A DNA stretch of 64,000 nucleotides from a bacterium. GTDB lineage: Bacteria > Hinthialibacterota > Hinthialibacteria > Hinthialibacterales > Hinthialibacteraceae. The position numbers and the translations under genes are program-made. Shown in pieces: positions 21,244 through 31,458 of the stretch; the stretch's first letter is position 1, and each line of letters starts with the position of its first letter. The notes below the pieces were generated by a model. The model made no database searches and was not told the origin of the DNA. It worked only from the letters and a program-made list of their open reading frames with translations. The stretch lies in assembly GCA_963663405.2 (NCBI GenBank), contig CAXXSM010000023.1, forward strand, positions 1 to 64,000, in the 5' to 3' direction.

Positions 21244-22077
21244 ATGGTATTTCAACTGACGCGCGATTTAAACGAGTTGAAGACAATCGCCAATCAAATT
21301 CGGATACATGTCGTTCAAATGCTGGCGAAAGCCGGTTCGGGTCATCCCGGCGGTTCCCTCTCCGCGGCGGATATTGCGACAGCGCTCATGTTCGGCGTTA
21401 TGCGGCATGATCCCCAAAATCCCAAATGGGCGGAACGGGACCGGTTTATTATGTCCAAAGGACACTGCATCCCCGTTTGGTACGCCGCTCAGGCGATCGC
21501 GGGATACTTTGATGAAGAGGAATTGATGTCGCTGCGGCAGCTGGGATCGCCGCTGCAAGGCCACCCGGACCGCGTGCGGCTTGACAGTATTGAAGCTTCC
21601 ACCGGCTCACTCGGTCAAGGGCTCTCCATCGCGCTCGGACAGGCGCTGGCGGCGAAAATGAATAACGCTGATTGGCGCGTCTACTGCATGATCGGGGATG
21701 GAGAAGCGCAGGAAGGCCAAATCTGGGAAGCGGTACTGGCCGCGGGGAAATTCAAATTGAACAATTTGACCGCGATCCTTGATAACAACAACGGCCAGAT
21801 CGACGGTTATGTGGAAGATGTGATGCCGCTCATGCCGATCGGCGATAAATGGAAAGCCTTTCATTGGCATGTCATCGAAATCGACGGTCACGATTTAGAT
21901 CAGATCTTTAATGCTCTCGATGAAGCGAAAACAATTGAAGACCGCCCCACTTTGATCTGGGCCAAAACGATCAAAGGAAAAGGCGTGTCTTATATGGAAA
22001 ACAACATCGGCTGGCATGGGAAAACGCCGAATGAAGAGGAATTGAAACAAGCGCTCATCGACTTGAAAGCCGTCTAA
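21244..22077 (+). CDS. tktA: Transketolase, N-terminal (ThDP-binding) subunit
   Basis: AGSGHPGGSLS, RDRFIMSKGH, STGSLGQGLS, GDGEAQEGQIWE. Confidence 0.95.
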   Translation: MVFQLTRDLNELKTIANQIRIHVVQMLAKAGSGHPGGSLSAADIATALMFGVMRHDPQNPKWAERDRFIMSKGHCIPVWYAAQAIAGYFDEEELMSLRQLGSPLQGHPDRVRLDSIEASTGSLGQGLSIALGQALAAKMNNADWRVYCMIGDGEAQEGQIWEAVLAAGKFKLNNLTAILDNNNGQIDGYVEDVMPLMPIGDKWKAFHWHVIEIDGHDLDQIFNALDEAKTIEDRPTLIWAKTIKGKGVSYMENNIGWHGKTPNEEELKQALIDLKAV

Positions 22078-22124
22078 ACGATTGCGCCAATCGCACACAA
22101 TCAGGAAAGGTATGGAAAGATATT

Positions 22125-23064
22125 ATGGCGAATAAAGCATCCCGTCTCGCGTTTGGAGAAGCGCTGGCCGCCTTGGGTGAAACTCATCCCGAAATCGTCG
22201 CGCTCGACGCGGACTTAAGTAAATCCACTATGACTTGTCTGTTCGCGGAAAAATTTCCCGAACGATTCTTTGAATTCGGTATTGCGGAAGCCAATATGAT
22301 CGGCGCCGGCGCCGGTCTGGCGCTCGAAGGGAAAATCCCATTCGTCTGCAGCTTCGCCTGCTTCATCACGGGACGTTACGACACCATCCGCATGTCATGC
22401 GGCTATTCCGAAACGAACGTCAAGATCGTCGGCACCCACGCCGGGATCGGTATCGGTGAAGACGGCAACAGCCAGATGGGTTTGGAAGATATTGGTCTGA
22501 TGCGCGGTCTGCCCGGATTCACTGTCATTCAACCCGCGGACGAAATCGAGACGAAACAGGCGATCGCATTCGGCGTTGAACACAAAGGTCCGGTCTACTA
22601 CCGGTTAACGCCGCCAAAAACTGCCTGATGTCAACGGTGAAGACTATCAATTCGAAATGGGAAAAGGGGTCGAACTCGCTCCTGGTTCCGATATGACCAT
22701 TCTCGCTACCGGCGGCACGGTATCCCACGCGCTTCGGGCTAAAGAAATCCTGGCGGGCGACAAAATCAACGCCCGGATTGTCAACATCCATACGATCAAA
22801 CCGATCGACGTGGATTTGATCGTTCGCTGCGCGAAAGAAACGAAGTGCCTCCTCACCGTTGAAGATCACAACATCATCGGCGGATTGGGAAGCGCCACAG
22901 CTGAAGTCCTCTGTGAACACCACCCGGCGCCATTGAAACGCTGGGGGATCTTGGATACTTTTGGACAATCCGGCGGCGAGAGAGATCTCTATAAGGCGTA
23001 TAAAATAGACAGCGAAGGAATCGCTGAAACAGCGGCGGGCTTCTACCGAAAAGTTACCGGGTAG
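22125..23064 (+). CDS. tktB: Transketolase, C-terminal subunit (frameshift near 22620)
   Basis: DADLSKST, FGIAEANMIG, GEDGNSQMGLED, then HTIKPID and VEDHNIIGGLGS in the second frame. Confidence 0.9.
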
Positions 23065-23302
23065 CGCAATGGAGCGCGGGCGTCCCGCCCGTGAAACAAA
23101 CGTGATGGTCAATTATCTGGGTAGCAAGGGGAGGGCTTTTTTCTCTTCTTTTTTAATTTCTGGAAGGACGCCAGGGCAGAAAAAAGTAAAGGCTCCGGCG
23201 CAAGCGCTGGTATTTGCCCTGGGCGCCCGTCGTGAAAAAACAGATGAAATCCATGGATACCCAGGGCAAGGCGTAGTCTGCCCTGGTTTTAACAATCACT
23301 AA

Positions 23303-23983
23303 ATGAAGAATGAAATAATCGTGACCTCTTCCGCAGTCAAATTACAAGCCATAGTTGGTGAATCGCAGATTGCCCGATTTCATGAAGATGTCTCGCCGAC
23401 CCTTTATGATGAATGTCTGTCAAGCAATGACGCTTTGCGCCATTCAGAAGATACCCTTCACATCCAATCCTTGGATGAAGCGATCGCGTTAGCGCAGACA
23501 GAAGGTCCTATATCCGCAAACCGGATTCTTCTTGATTGGCGGCGTTTTGACGGACGGTTTTCTGAGTGGTTGATCTATCTCGCGCCTGCGCTCTACCGTT
23601 GGATTGGACGCGAATTCGCTCTCATTCTGCCTGAAGACAGATCTCCCACCAAAATCATCCCCGCTATTGCGGATTTGCTCCGCTCGTTGGAACTGCGATC
23701 ACGTGGAATTCGTATTATCTCCTGCCCCACCTGCGCCCGTTGCCGGACGAATTTCCCAGTTATGGTTAAATCGATCGAAGACCGGCTGGCCGCAATTGAT
23801 AAAACGCTGGATGTCGCCGTCATGGGATGTGAAGTCAACGGTCCCGGAGAGGCGAAAGCGGCTGATATAGGTATCGCTTTCGGAGACCGGAAGGGAATGC
23901 TCTTCAAACGGGGCGAACCCATACGGACTGTCAACATCGAAGACGCGGCGGATGTGTTACTCAGCGAAATTGAAAAACTATAA
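23303..23983 (+). CDS. IspG/GcpE-like protein retaining mainly the C-terminal [4Fe-4S] domain
   Basis: IISCPTCARC and VAVMGCEVNGPGEAKAADIGIAFG; only 226 aa and no TIM-barrel motifs. Confidence 0.7.
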   Translation: MKNEIIVTSSAVKLQAIVGESQIARFHEDVSPTLYDECLSSNDALRHSEDTLHIQSLDEAIALAQTEGPISANRILLDWRRFDGRFSEWLIYLAPALYRWIGREFALILPEDRSPTKIIPAIADLLRSLELRSRGIRIISCPTCARCRTNFPVMVKSIEDRLAAIDKTLDVAVMGCEVNGPGEAKAADIGIAFGDRKGMLFKRGEPIRTVNIEDAADVLLSEIEKL

Positions 23984-24179
23984 TGTCTTGATTTCCTTTC
24001 TCTTCCGAAAAATCAGAACAAAAAATGTACATTTCCTCTATTTTTTGCTATATTCCTGTAATATATTGAGAAGTAGCCTTGGATAAGAATTCGCATTACG
24101 CCACCCATCTAGCCAAGGCTGTTTCTGTTGCGATTAAATATATGAGTAAATCTGTCTGAAATAGAATAAGGGAGGAATC

Positions 24180-25769
24180 ATGAAACGAATCGCCCGTATT
24201 CTTGCCATTTTCTTTATCGTATTTCTCATGCCTTTATTTGGAGGCGGCTCTTCCGGCTGGACGTTTGAAAAACCGGAACGCATCGTCAATTTCAAAAAAG
24301 ACAAAAAATCGACGACATCCGAACGAGACGTAAAAGCGTTTCAAAAAAAGGCAAGCACGTCAATAAAAAGGAATGTGAAAGCCTTCCAAAGAAAGGCCAA
24401 AACTTCTCAACAGAGGGATGTCAGAGCTTTCCAAAGAACAACAAGCGTCACACAATCAAGAGATGTGAGCGCTTTTCAGAGGAAAGCGACTCCCGTACCC
24501 ACTCGGGATGTGAGATCCTTTCAAAGAAATGTTACTCCCATCCCCACTCGGGATGTGAGATCTTTTGAACGAAAGGTGACCCCTTTACCCACTCGAGATG
24601 TGAGATCCTTCCAAAGAGAAGCCCCCCGTTTCCCCGTCAGGGATGTGAGCGCTTTTGAACGAATTAGTTCTCCCGGTGGTTCCGGCGAAAGTACAACTGG
24701 AGGTCAGGGCGATTCTGGAACACCGAGTGATGGTGGAGTATCGGACCAGGGAACGGGAAGCAAACCAAACCGCAGCCAACAATATAGAGAAGCATTCGAA
24801 CCGGAAAATTACCGGGAACGTTTTCAATCTGAAAACTATCGCAGTAACCGCTCCCCCTATGGTTTCACCAATCAACAATTGCGATCCGGTTTCAGATACC
24901 GGAGTCGATACTATCCCAATGGAAGATACGCGAGAGATACCAATCCATCTTTGGAACCGGATGACGGGGACCGGGATTATTTGACTGGGGATCAGAGCCA
25001 GACGGATACGTCCGGAGCCGAAACGCAAAGCCAGTCCCGCGTATACTGGAAACCGCCAACGCCGCAGTGGATGATGGATTACAACCGCCTGCCTCCAAAA
25101 AATACGGGAAATCAACCGCTTCAGATCCCGCAATACATCCCCCCGTTGAACGGGCAATATGGAGCGCCTCAAACCACCCCATCGGACAAAGAACAGGCGG
25201 ACGAGGATCAACCGGCGGATACTCCACCGCCTGATTTGCAGAAGGGGGACAAAATCGACGAATCCGCATTGGATTCGGCGAAAGACAATTCTGAAGAAGC
25301 GGATTCTAGGGCCGCGGCACAATCTTCCAACAATGCGGAGTCAAACGCGCAAACGTTGAGCGCTAAAGACGAACTCGAACTGGGAAAGAGTTTAACTCCC
25401 GCCCAGCGGCTTGCTCGCAGCGGCGATTCTATGTTCGAACGCCGGCTTTATTACAAGGCTATCAGTCAATACGAAAGCGCGATGATCCACGATCCGGATG
25501 ACCAAGATATCGCCATTCGAGCGGCGCTGTCGCAGTTCGCCGCGCGCAAGTATACCACAGCGGGAGGAACGCTGCGGAAAGCGATGGGCGAGACTCCCGA
25601 TTCCAACCGGATCTCAAAAATCGCGCGCGAACTCTATCCCTCAGCCAAAGAATTCAACCAGCATCTTTCCCGATTTTCCCTCCGAAGAAAGAGCAACAGC
25701 GATTCAAACATGGATTATCTCGATCGAGCGCTGTCACAAGTCCATATTTCGGGTGATGAGGAGAAATAA
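24180..25769 (+). CDS. Secreted repeat protein with C-terminal TPR domain
   Basis: Signal peptide; eight 15-aa R(D/N)Vx(A/S)F(Q/E)(R/K) repeats; C-terminus paralogous to 10168-12210. Confidence 0.75.
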   Translation: MKRIARILAIFFIVFLMPLFGGGSSGWTFEKPERIVNFKKDKKSTTSERDVKAFQKKASTSIKRNVKAFQRKAKTSQQRDVRAFQRTTSVTQSRDVSAFQRKATPVPTRDVRSFQRNVTPIPTRDVRSFERKVTPLPTRDVRSFQREAPRFPVRDVSAFERISSPGGSGESTTGGQGDSGTPSDGGVSDQGTGSKPNRSQQYREAFEPENYRERFQSENYRSNRSPYGFTNQQLRSGFRYRSRYYPNGRYARDTNPSLEPDDGDRDYLTGDQSQTDTSGAETQSQSRVYWKPPTPQWMMDYNRLPPKNTGNQPLQIPQYIPPLNGQYGAPQTTPSDKEQADEDQPADTPPPDLQKGDKIDESALDSAKDNSEEADSRAAAQSSNNAESNAQTLSAKDELELGKSLTPAQRLARSGDSMFERRLYYKAISQYESAMIHDPDDQDIAIRAALSQFAARKYTTAGGTLRKAMGETPDSNRISKIARELYPSAKEFNQHLSRFSLRRKSNSDSNMDYLDRALSQVHISGDEEK

Positions 25770-25915
25770 AGGTTAACGGTATGCCATCCTGGGGGGGAAT
25801 ATATGCGGGCGGGACGCCTGTGTTACTCATCTAATATTTAAAAATGGTCAGGAATTACGCCAGGGCTGAAAAAAGCCTTGCCCTGGGTACCCACCCGCAT
25901 CTGGAGAATCTAAAT

Positions 25916-26623
25916 ATGGCTTGGACAAAAGAATCTGCGATTAGAGAAATGGAGTCATTAATCAAAGAGGCTCAAAATGTCGCTAATTATGACAAAGCAT
26001 CGCCCGAATTTTCACGCTGGTATCTTAATGTATCCATTTTTCTTGAAGAGATATTTGGAGGATCATCCAAAATCGTTCTATCGTTTCGTAAATTAAGGTT
26101 TTATCCTTCGGGTTCTTTTGTTATTCAATCTTTTGATATTCAGGGAGCTTTAAATGAAAGGAATCATGGCGCTTTTATTGATGACCTCAATCTAAGTATT
26201 GGAATCATTCAAGCGGGTATTGATGAACTTTCTCGCAAATCTCTGAGTGAAGTATATCAAGGAAAAAATACTCCAAGAGAGTCAAGTATGTTAATTCGAG
26301 TTCTCTCATTAGCAGAATATAAGATACGGAAAACAATACGAGATATACCGGCGAATGAAAAAGAAATACAAGATGCGTTCGAGAATTTATTAATTGGAGC
26401 TGATATCCCTTATAAACGTGAACATCCTCATATAACTTATTCTTCAAAAGAGTATATTCCTGATTTCTCTTTTGAGAGAATTGATCTTGCGCTTGAAGTT
26501 AAATTTTGTGCACGAAAGGACAGAGAGAAGAAAATCATAGCCGAGATGAATGATGACATAATGGCATACAAGACAAAATTTGGAAATATAGCTTTCTTAA
26601 TCTATGATGTCGGAAAGATAAGA
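25916..26623 (+). pseudogene. PD-(D/E)xK restriction-like nuclease (DpnII/MboI-type C-terminal domain), 3' end interrupted
   Basis: NEKEIQD...YIPDF...ALEVK...DDIMAY...FLIYD; low GC; the frame runs directly into an IS1 fragment. Confidence 0.6.
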
Positions 26624-26880
26624 TTAATCGGGTTGTGCTATCAATGGCCGTCCAGATCCATGTCCGCCCATACTCCTTTTCCAATTCTTCTTCGCTAACA
26701 CTTTTCTTTTTTTTACAAAGGTCCAGAGTTCGTCCAGTTGGACCTCGGTCATCTGGAGGGAATGGAGTAAATTGGATAAAACCAAAGCACAGTGTTCACC
26801 GGCGCGAAGGATGACTCGGTTCACTGTGTCTTTATCAAGATTCAGTAATCGAGACGTAGATCTTTTCAAATCAGAATTTA
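26624..26880 (-). mobile_element. IS1-family transposase remnant
   Basis: RSTSRLLNLDKDTVNR HTH and VQLDELWTFVKK motif; fragment only. Confidence 0.7.
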
Positions 26881-27169
26881 GCCAAAGAGATGACGTCTTA
26901 ATCAAGGTCTGTCATAACTCACCTAAAACATTAAAACTGAAATTTCGATTAAACAATGTGAAAAGAAATCAAGCAAGACGTTTAAGATATGTAGTGTAGA
27001 TCGCAGGCGCCTAGGGCAAGGTTTAAAAAAACTTATCCTTGTTACACATTCTCATCTGATTTTTTAAGAAATAAAAGTAAGTGCTCACTTGACGGGTGAA
27101 TTGCAGTTAGAGATAAAATGGGGGTGAGATAATTTGCGGGCGGGACGCCCGCGCTCCATTGGCTCTCAT

Positions 27170-28492
27170 CTAGTCGTGTTTTATTATGCTTGCGCAGCGG
27201 TGGCCGCTTAGGACGGCTCCTTCCATTGTGGCGGGAAGGCCGGTGTTGGTCCAATCTCCGGCTAGGTATAGGTTTTTAATTGCGGTTGTGTGGGGGGGGC
27301 GTTGAACCGCGTTCTTTGGGGTGAGAGAAAAGGTGGCGCGGCGTTCCCAAAACACGGCTGCGGATTGAGGAACTGTATTCTGAATCGAAGGATACGCTTC
27401 GCGGAGATCGTTGATCGCGATCTGGATTAGTTCCGCCCGCGTCCGGTTGAGTAGATGATGGGCGGCGCTGACTAATAAACAGACGCAGTTCTTTCCACTT
27501 TCGTTGGATTTCATGAAATTCGAACGGTGAAACGCCCATTCGAATGTGGTTCCGGTCAGGCAGCAGAAATCTTCATCGGCTATGGGATTTTTGTACCAAA
27601 GATATACGCATAGGATTGGGGATTCTCCTAAATCGGGTATGGTTATCCGATCATTCAATCCGGAATTGTCGAGTAATTCGCTGAGATTGTTCGCGGGGAT
27701 GGCGCTGATTACCGCGCCGCTTGGAATTATCTCACCTGATTTTAATTGAACGCCGGTGATACGCTCTCCTAAGAATTTGAGTTTTTCGACTCGCGCACCC
27801 AGTCTTACTGTTCCTTTCCGTTCTTCGATGTATTGAATCGCTTTGTCTCCGTGCAGATCTTGAAGCGGCGTTATGGCCAGGGCCATGTTTGAATCTTTTG
27901 CGGCTCCGAGAAACGCTTGTTGGAGAACTGTTGCGAGGGAGGCCGCGTCGGCCTGTTCGAAGGATTCATTTAAAGTGGAAAGTGTGATTGGGCGCCACAT
28001 TAGTTCATTTAATTGTTCCGGCTGCTTTAAGCGCGCGCAGAATTGTTCGGTGGTCTCGCGGGGATTGCAGGGCTGGTATTTCCGGATCGCCCATCCAAAG
28101 CGGGCCGCGTTCCATACATCCCGGATGCCGAATGAGCGCATCCGGATCATGCCAGCGAGCAGGTGAAATGGTCCCGGCAGGGGAGGGCAGCGTAAACTGT
28201 CGTGAAAGCCATTCGCTCCGCGGTAGGGGATGGTTAATGATTTTTGAACTTGCACGCAGTCATCTGTACCCAATTGACGCAGGAGGGAGAAGGTTTCGTG
28301 GTAACAGGCCATCAGCGCGTGTTGGCCGTTGTCGATCATGGCTCCTGAATGCGGATCGCGGATGGAGTAGGTCCGGCCGCCGAGGAAGGGCTTTTTTTCG
28401 AGGAGAGTGACGCGGGCTCCATTTTGGGCCAATTGCGTAGCGGCAGCGATTCCTGACAGGCCTCCTCCGATGATTACTACATCCGCGTTCAT
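27170..28492 (-). CDS. hpnE: Hydroxysqualene dehydroxylase HpnE
   Basis: IIGGGLSGIAAA, LGGRTYS, IDNGQH, LAGDWTNTGLPATMEGAVLSG; ATGA overlap with hpnD. Confidence 0.9.
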   Translation of the reverse strand: MNADVVIIGGGLSGIAAATQLAQNGARVTLLEKKPFLGGRTYSIRDPHSGAMIDNGQHALMACYHETFSLLRQLGTDDCVQVQKSLTIPYRGANGFHDSLRCPPLPGPFHLLAGMIRMRSFGIRDVWNAARFGWAIRKYQPCNPRETTEQFCARLKQPEQLNELMWRPITLSTLNESFEQADAASLATVLQQAFLGAAKDSNMALAITPLQDLHGDKAIQYIEERKGTVRLGARVEKLKFLGERITGVQLKSGEIIPSGAVISAIPANNLSELLDNSGLNDRITIPDLGESPILCVYLWYKNPIADEDFCCLTGTTFEWAFHRSNFMKSNESGKNCVCLLVSAAHHLLNRTRAELIQIAINDLREAYPSIQNTVPQSAAVFWERRATFSLTPKNAVQRPPHTTAIKNLYLAGDWTNTGLPATMEGAVLSGHRCASIIKHD

Positions 28493-29343
28493 GGTATCAA
28501 ACATCTCCAGCGGCTGCCCAGCCAGCAGCCGAGGGCGTAGAGGATTTTTAACGAGGTGGGGACACGGATTCGTTTGGCGTAGATGTTATAGTCCGCTTGC
28601 CGGATCCGTTTCAACAGGTTGAAATAGATTTTCCGCATGATTTCGGCGGGGAAGAGAAGATGATGATCCCGCCGTTCGTAGCATTGAACCGCCTGTTGGT
28701 AGAAACGGAGGGCGCGTTCTTCTTGGAAGCGCATCAGTTTAATGAACGCGGGGGAATAGGTCTCGTTTAAGAGGTCTTTTTCGCTGTATTGAAACCGATC
28801 GAGATCTTCTTGGGGGAGGTAAATCCGCCCTTCCCGCGCGTCTTCACCCACGTCTCGCATGATATTGGTTAATTGCAGCGCCGTTCCTAGATTCAGGGCG
28901 TAGTTTTTTGTTTTTTCCGAGCGGTAGCCGAAGATCTCGATGCAGATTAATCCAACCACGCAGGCTACGTGATAGCAGTATTTTTCTAAATCCGCAAAGG
29001 TGGAGTAGCGTTTTTGACGCAGATCCATCTCGACGCCGTCGATCAACGCTTCGAAGTATTCTTTGGGGAGTGAGAATTCTTCAATTGTTCCGCTGAGGGC
29101 TTGTGTGATGGGATGGGATGGACGGCCTTCGAAACAGGCGATCAGTTCGTCCCGCCAGCGATCCAGTTCCCGCCGGGCGCTATCTTCGTCACGGGCGTCA
29201 TCGACGATATCGTCACTGTGTCGACAGAAGGCATAGAAGGTGAAAATCGCGTCCCGTTTCTTTTTGGGAAGAAATAAGAAGGAATAATAAAAATTGGTTT
29301 TGCTTGATTTGGTTTTTTCTTGGGTGTACTGATTGACGTCCAC
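28489..29343 (-). CDS. hpnD: Presqualene diphosphate synthase HpnD
   Basis: SKTNFYYSF, YAFCRHSDDIVD, ALQLTNIMRDVGEDAREGRIYLP. Confidence 0.9.
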   Translation of the reverse strand: MDVNQYTQEKTKSSKTNFYYSFLFLPKKKRDAIFTFYAFCRHSDDIVDDARDEDSARRELDRWRDELIACFEGRPSHPITQALSGTIEEFSLPKEYFEALIDGVEMDLRQKRYSTFADLEKYCYHVACVVGLICIEIFGYRSEKTKNYALNLGTALQLTNIMRDVGEDAREGRIYLPQEDLDRFQYSEKDLLNETYSPAFIKLMRFQEERALRFYQQAVQCYERRDHHLLFPAEIMRKIYFNLLKRIRQADYNIYAKRIRVPTSLKILYALGCWLGSRWRCLIP

Positions 29344-29390
29344 GCGCTCCGCTCCTGGATGATGATCCAGCCTCGATCTCCGGTCGAGTA

Positions 29391-30353
29391 TTATTTTCCA
29401 TTGATTCCCTGCGCGAACAAACGCTGAAGCCGCTCGCGGCGGCTTTTGATTCCCAGCAACGAGTACGCGCCCAAATGCAAAAAATCCCATTTGGAGAGTT
29501 TAGGGCGTTTTTCAAACGCGTTACAGTCATTCAATAACGTTCGGGAAAGAATTGTGGCTCCAGTCAACCAAGTTAACCGCAATTCCGCCGAGAGCGGCCA
29601 GTGGACACGCTCTACTAATGGATAACCCCGATCGAACAGCGCCCAGGTTCGTTCGATTTGCCGCAGGAGGAGCCGCTGGAAGCGTTCGTCGAATACTTGC
29701 GCGAAATATTCATCTTCGCTGTATTGTTCTTGTTGCATATCCCGTTTGGGGATGTAGATGCGATCTTTTTTTTGATCGATGGTGATGTCCTGCCAGAAGT
29801 TCGTTAATTGCAGCGCTGTGCAGATGCAGTCGGAGAGTTCGAACAATTCTTCGTCCCGGTAGCCGAAGAGATATAGGATCAAGCGGCCTACTGGATTGGC
29901 GGAATACCGGCAATAGCCGAGAACGTTCTCAAATTCTTCATATCGCTTGACGGTGACGTCCATTTTGAAGGCGCGCAGGAGTCCCTGGAACAGATCGGCG
30001 GGCAATTCGTATTTTTGCACCGTGTCCGCCAATGCGATAAAGATGGGATGGTCCGCTTTGCCTTGATAGCAATCGATCAGTTTCCGTTCCCATTCGTTGA
30101 GCAGATCCAGCCGTTTTCCTTCGTATGAGGCTTCGTCGGCGAAATCATCCGACACCCGCGCGAATGAATAGATCGCCGCGACGTGCGGGCGCAGGGGTTT
30201 TGGGATTAACAGCGATCCAACCGGGAAATTTTCATAGTGAGAGGCGGTGATATCCCGGCAGAAGCTGTACGCCGTCTCCACCGTGCAATCGGCTGGGGGA
30301 GGCTGCGTTTTGAGATGATAAAACGCTCGAAGCGCTTGAGCGGAGGGGATCAT
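29391..30353 (-). CDS. hpnC: Hydroxysqualene synthase HpnC
   Basis: HYENFPVGS, DDFADE, YCRYSANPVGRL, ALQLTNFWQD. Confidence 0.92.
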   Translation of the reverse strand: MIPSAQALRAFYHLKTQPPPADCTVETAYSFCRDITASHYENFPVGSLLIPKPLRPHVAAIYSFARVSDDFADEASYEGKRLDLLNEWERKLIDCYQGKADHPIFIALADTVQKYELPADLFQGLLRAFKMDVTVKRYEEFENVLGYCRYSANPVGRLILYLFGYRDEELFELSDCICTALQLTNFWQDITIDQKKDRIYIPKRDMQQEQYSEDEYFAQVFDERFQRLLLRQIERTWALFDRGYPLVERVHWPLSAELRLTWLTGATILSRTLLNDCNAFEKRPKLSKWDFLHLGAYSLLGIKSRRERLQRLFAQGINGK

Positions 30354-31023
30354 GTTCCTAACCTTTCCTTTTTGAGATGGTGTCAAAAAGGTTTTTTCAA
30401 AAAAAATGTTTAATACAGTTTATCTGGGAAATGAGTATTCTTGAAATATTAATTACTGATGCTACGCAGATTCGACAAATAATCTATTAATTTAAAGAGA
30501 AAAATAGATTGATTTATCTTTCTTTGTCTGAATCTGGATATCCAGGATGATTAGGATTTTCAGGATAGGAATCATCAGAGTGGAATCTGTCAGCGGATAG
30601 TAAAATCCATTAATCAAGTAAAAAATCCTGAACATCCTTTAATCTTGGCCATCTTGATTCAGACAAAAATAATCTTAAAAACAATGGCTCATCCGGAAAT
30701 TGGGCGCATTGCGTTTTTTCTTAGGAAATTTCACCATTTTTTGTAAGTTTTATCATTGTGATACCTCAAATTTCCTAGGAAAAAAGCATCGATACTCCGT
30801 GATCTGTTAAATGTCAAAAGTAATCTGTCAAATATTTGTGTATCTTATTCTATGATTATCTAATCTTTGAATAGACTATCGGAATATTGATTATTGGGTG
30901 TTTTGCAATCTGTTTTTTAAAATGATCAATACAAGGATTTCTTTAAATCTTAGCAAGTTTTTCAAGATTCTTAAGTATAGAATATTCAATCAGTTATTAA
31001 CAAAGAAAAAAATAGAATTGGTA

Positions 31024-31107
31024 TTATCCGTATAACTGTGGAGCGTGTGGATAACGGCTTTATCGTTATCCAAGTGGCTGTGGGCAATATCGATAGATTT
31101 GTCCACA
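31024..31107. promoter_or_regulatory. Cluster of DnaA-box-like 9-mers
   Basis: TGTGGATAA (31046, perfect), TTGTCCACA (31099), TTATCCGTA, TTATCCAAG and TGTGGGCAA next to an AT-rich tract. Confidence 0.5.
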
Positions 31108-31458
31108 GACACGTCACGATCCATAGGGCTTTCGATTACACTTTTTATTAAAAATTCAATCGATGTGCCCAATTTCCGGATGAACCAAAACAATCTCTAT
31201 TGGTAGATTTGCGTAACATCAGTTAATATTTTGAGATAGTAGAACTCATTATACCGGTTTAAATCCCAGGGTTAAAACCCTGGGCTATTGTCTTTTGTCC
31301 CGTAAAGGCTCCGGCGCGAGCGCCGGTAGGACAATTCACCCAATCTGTAAGCAATACCATTCTTGGTGGTTAGCCGTTTGATTCTTTGAGATATGGTATC
31401 ATACTCTTAAGATTCGCTCCACTCTTTTCGTGGAGAAAACTGGATTAGGAAGTGACGT

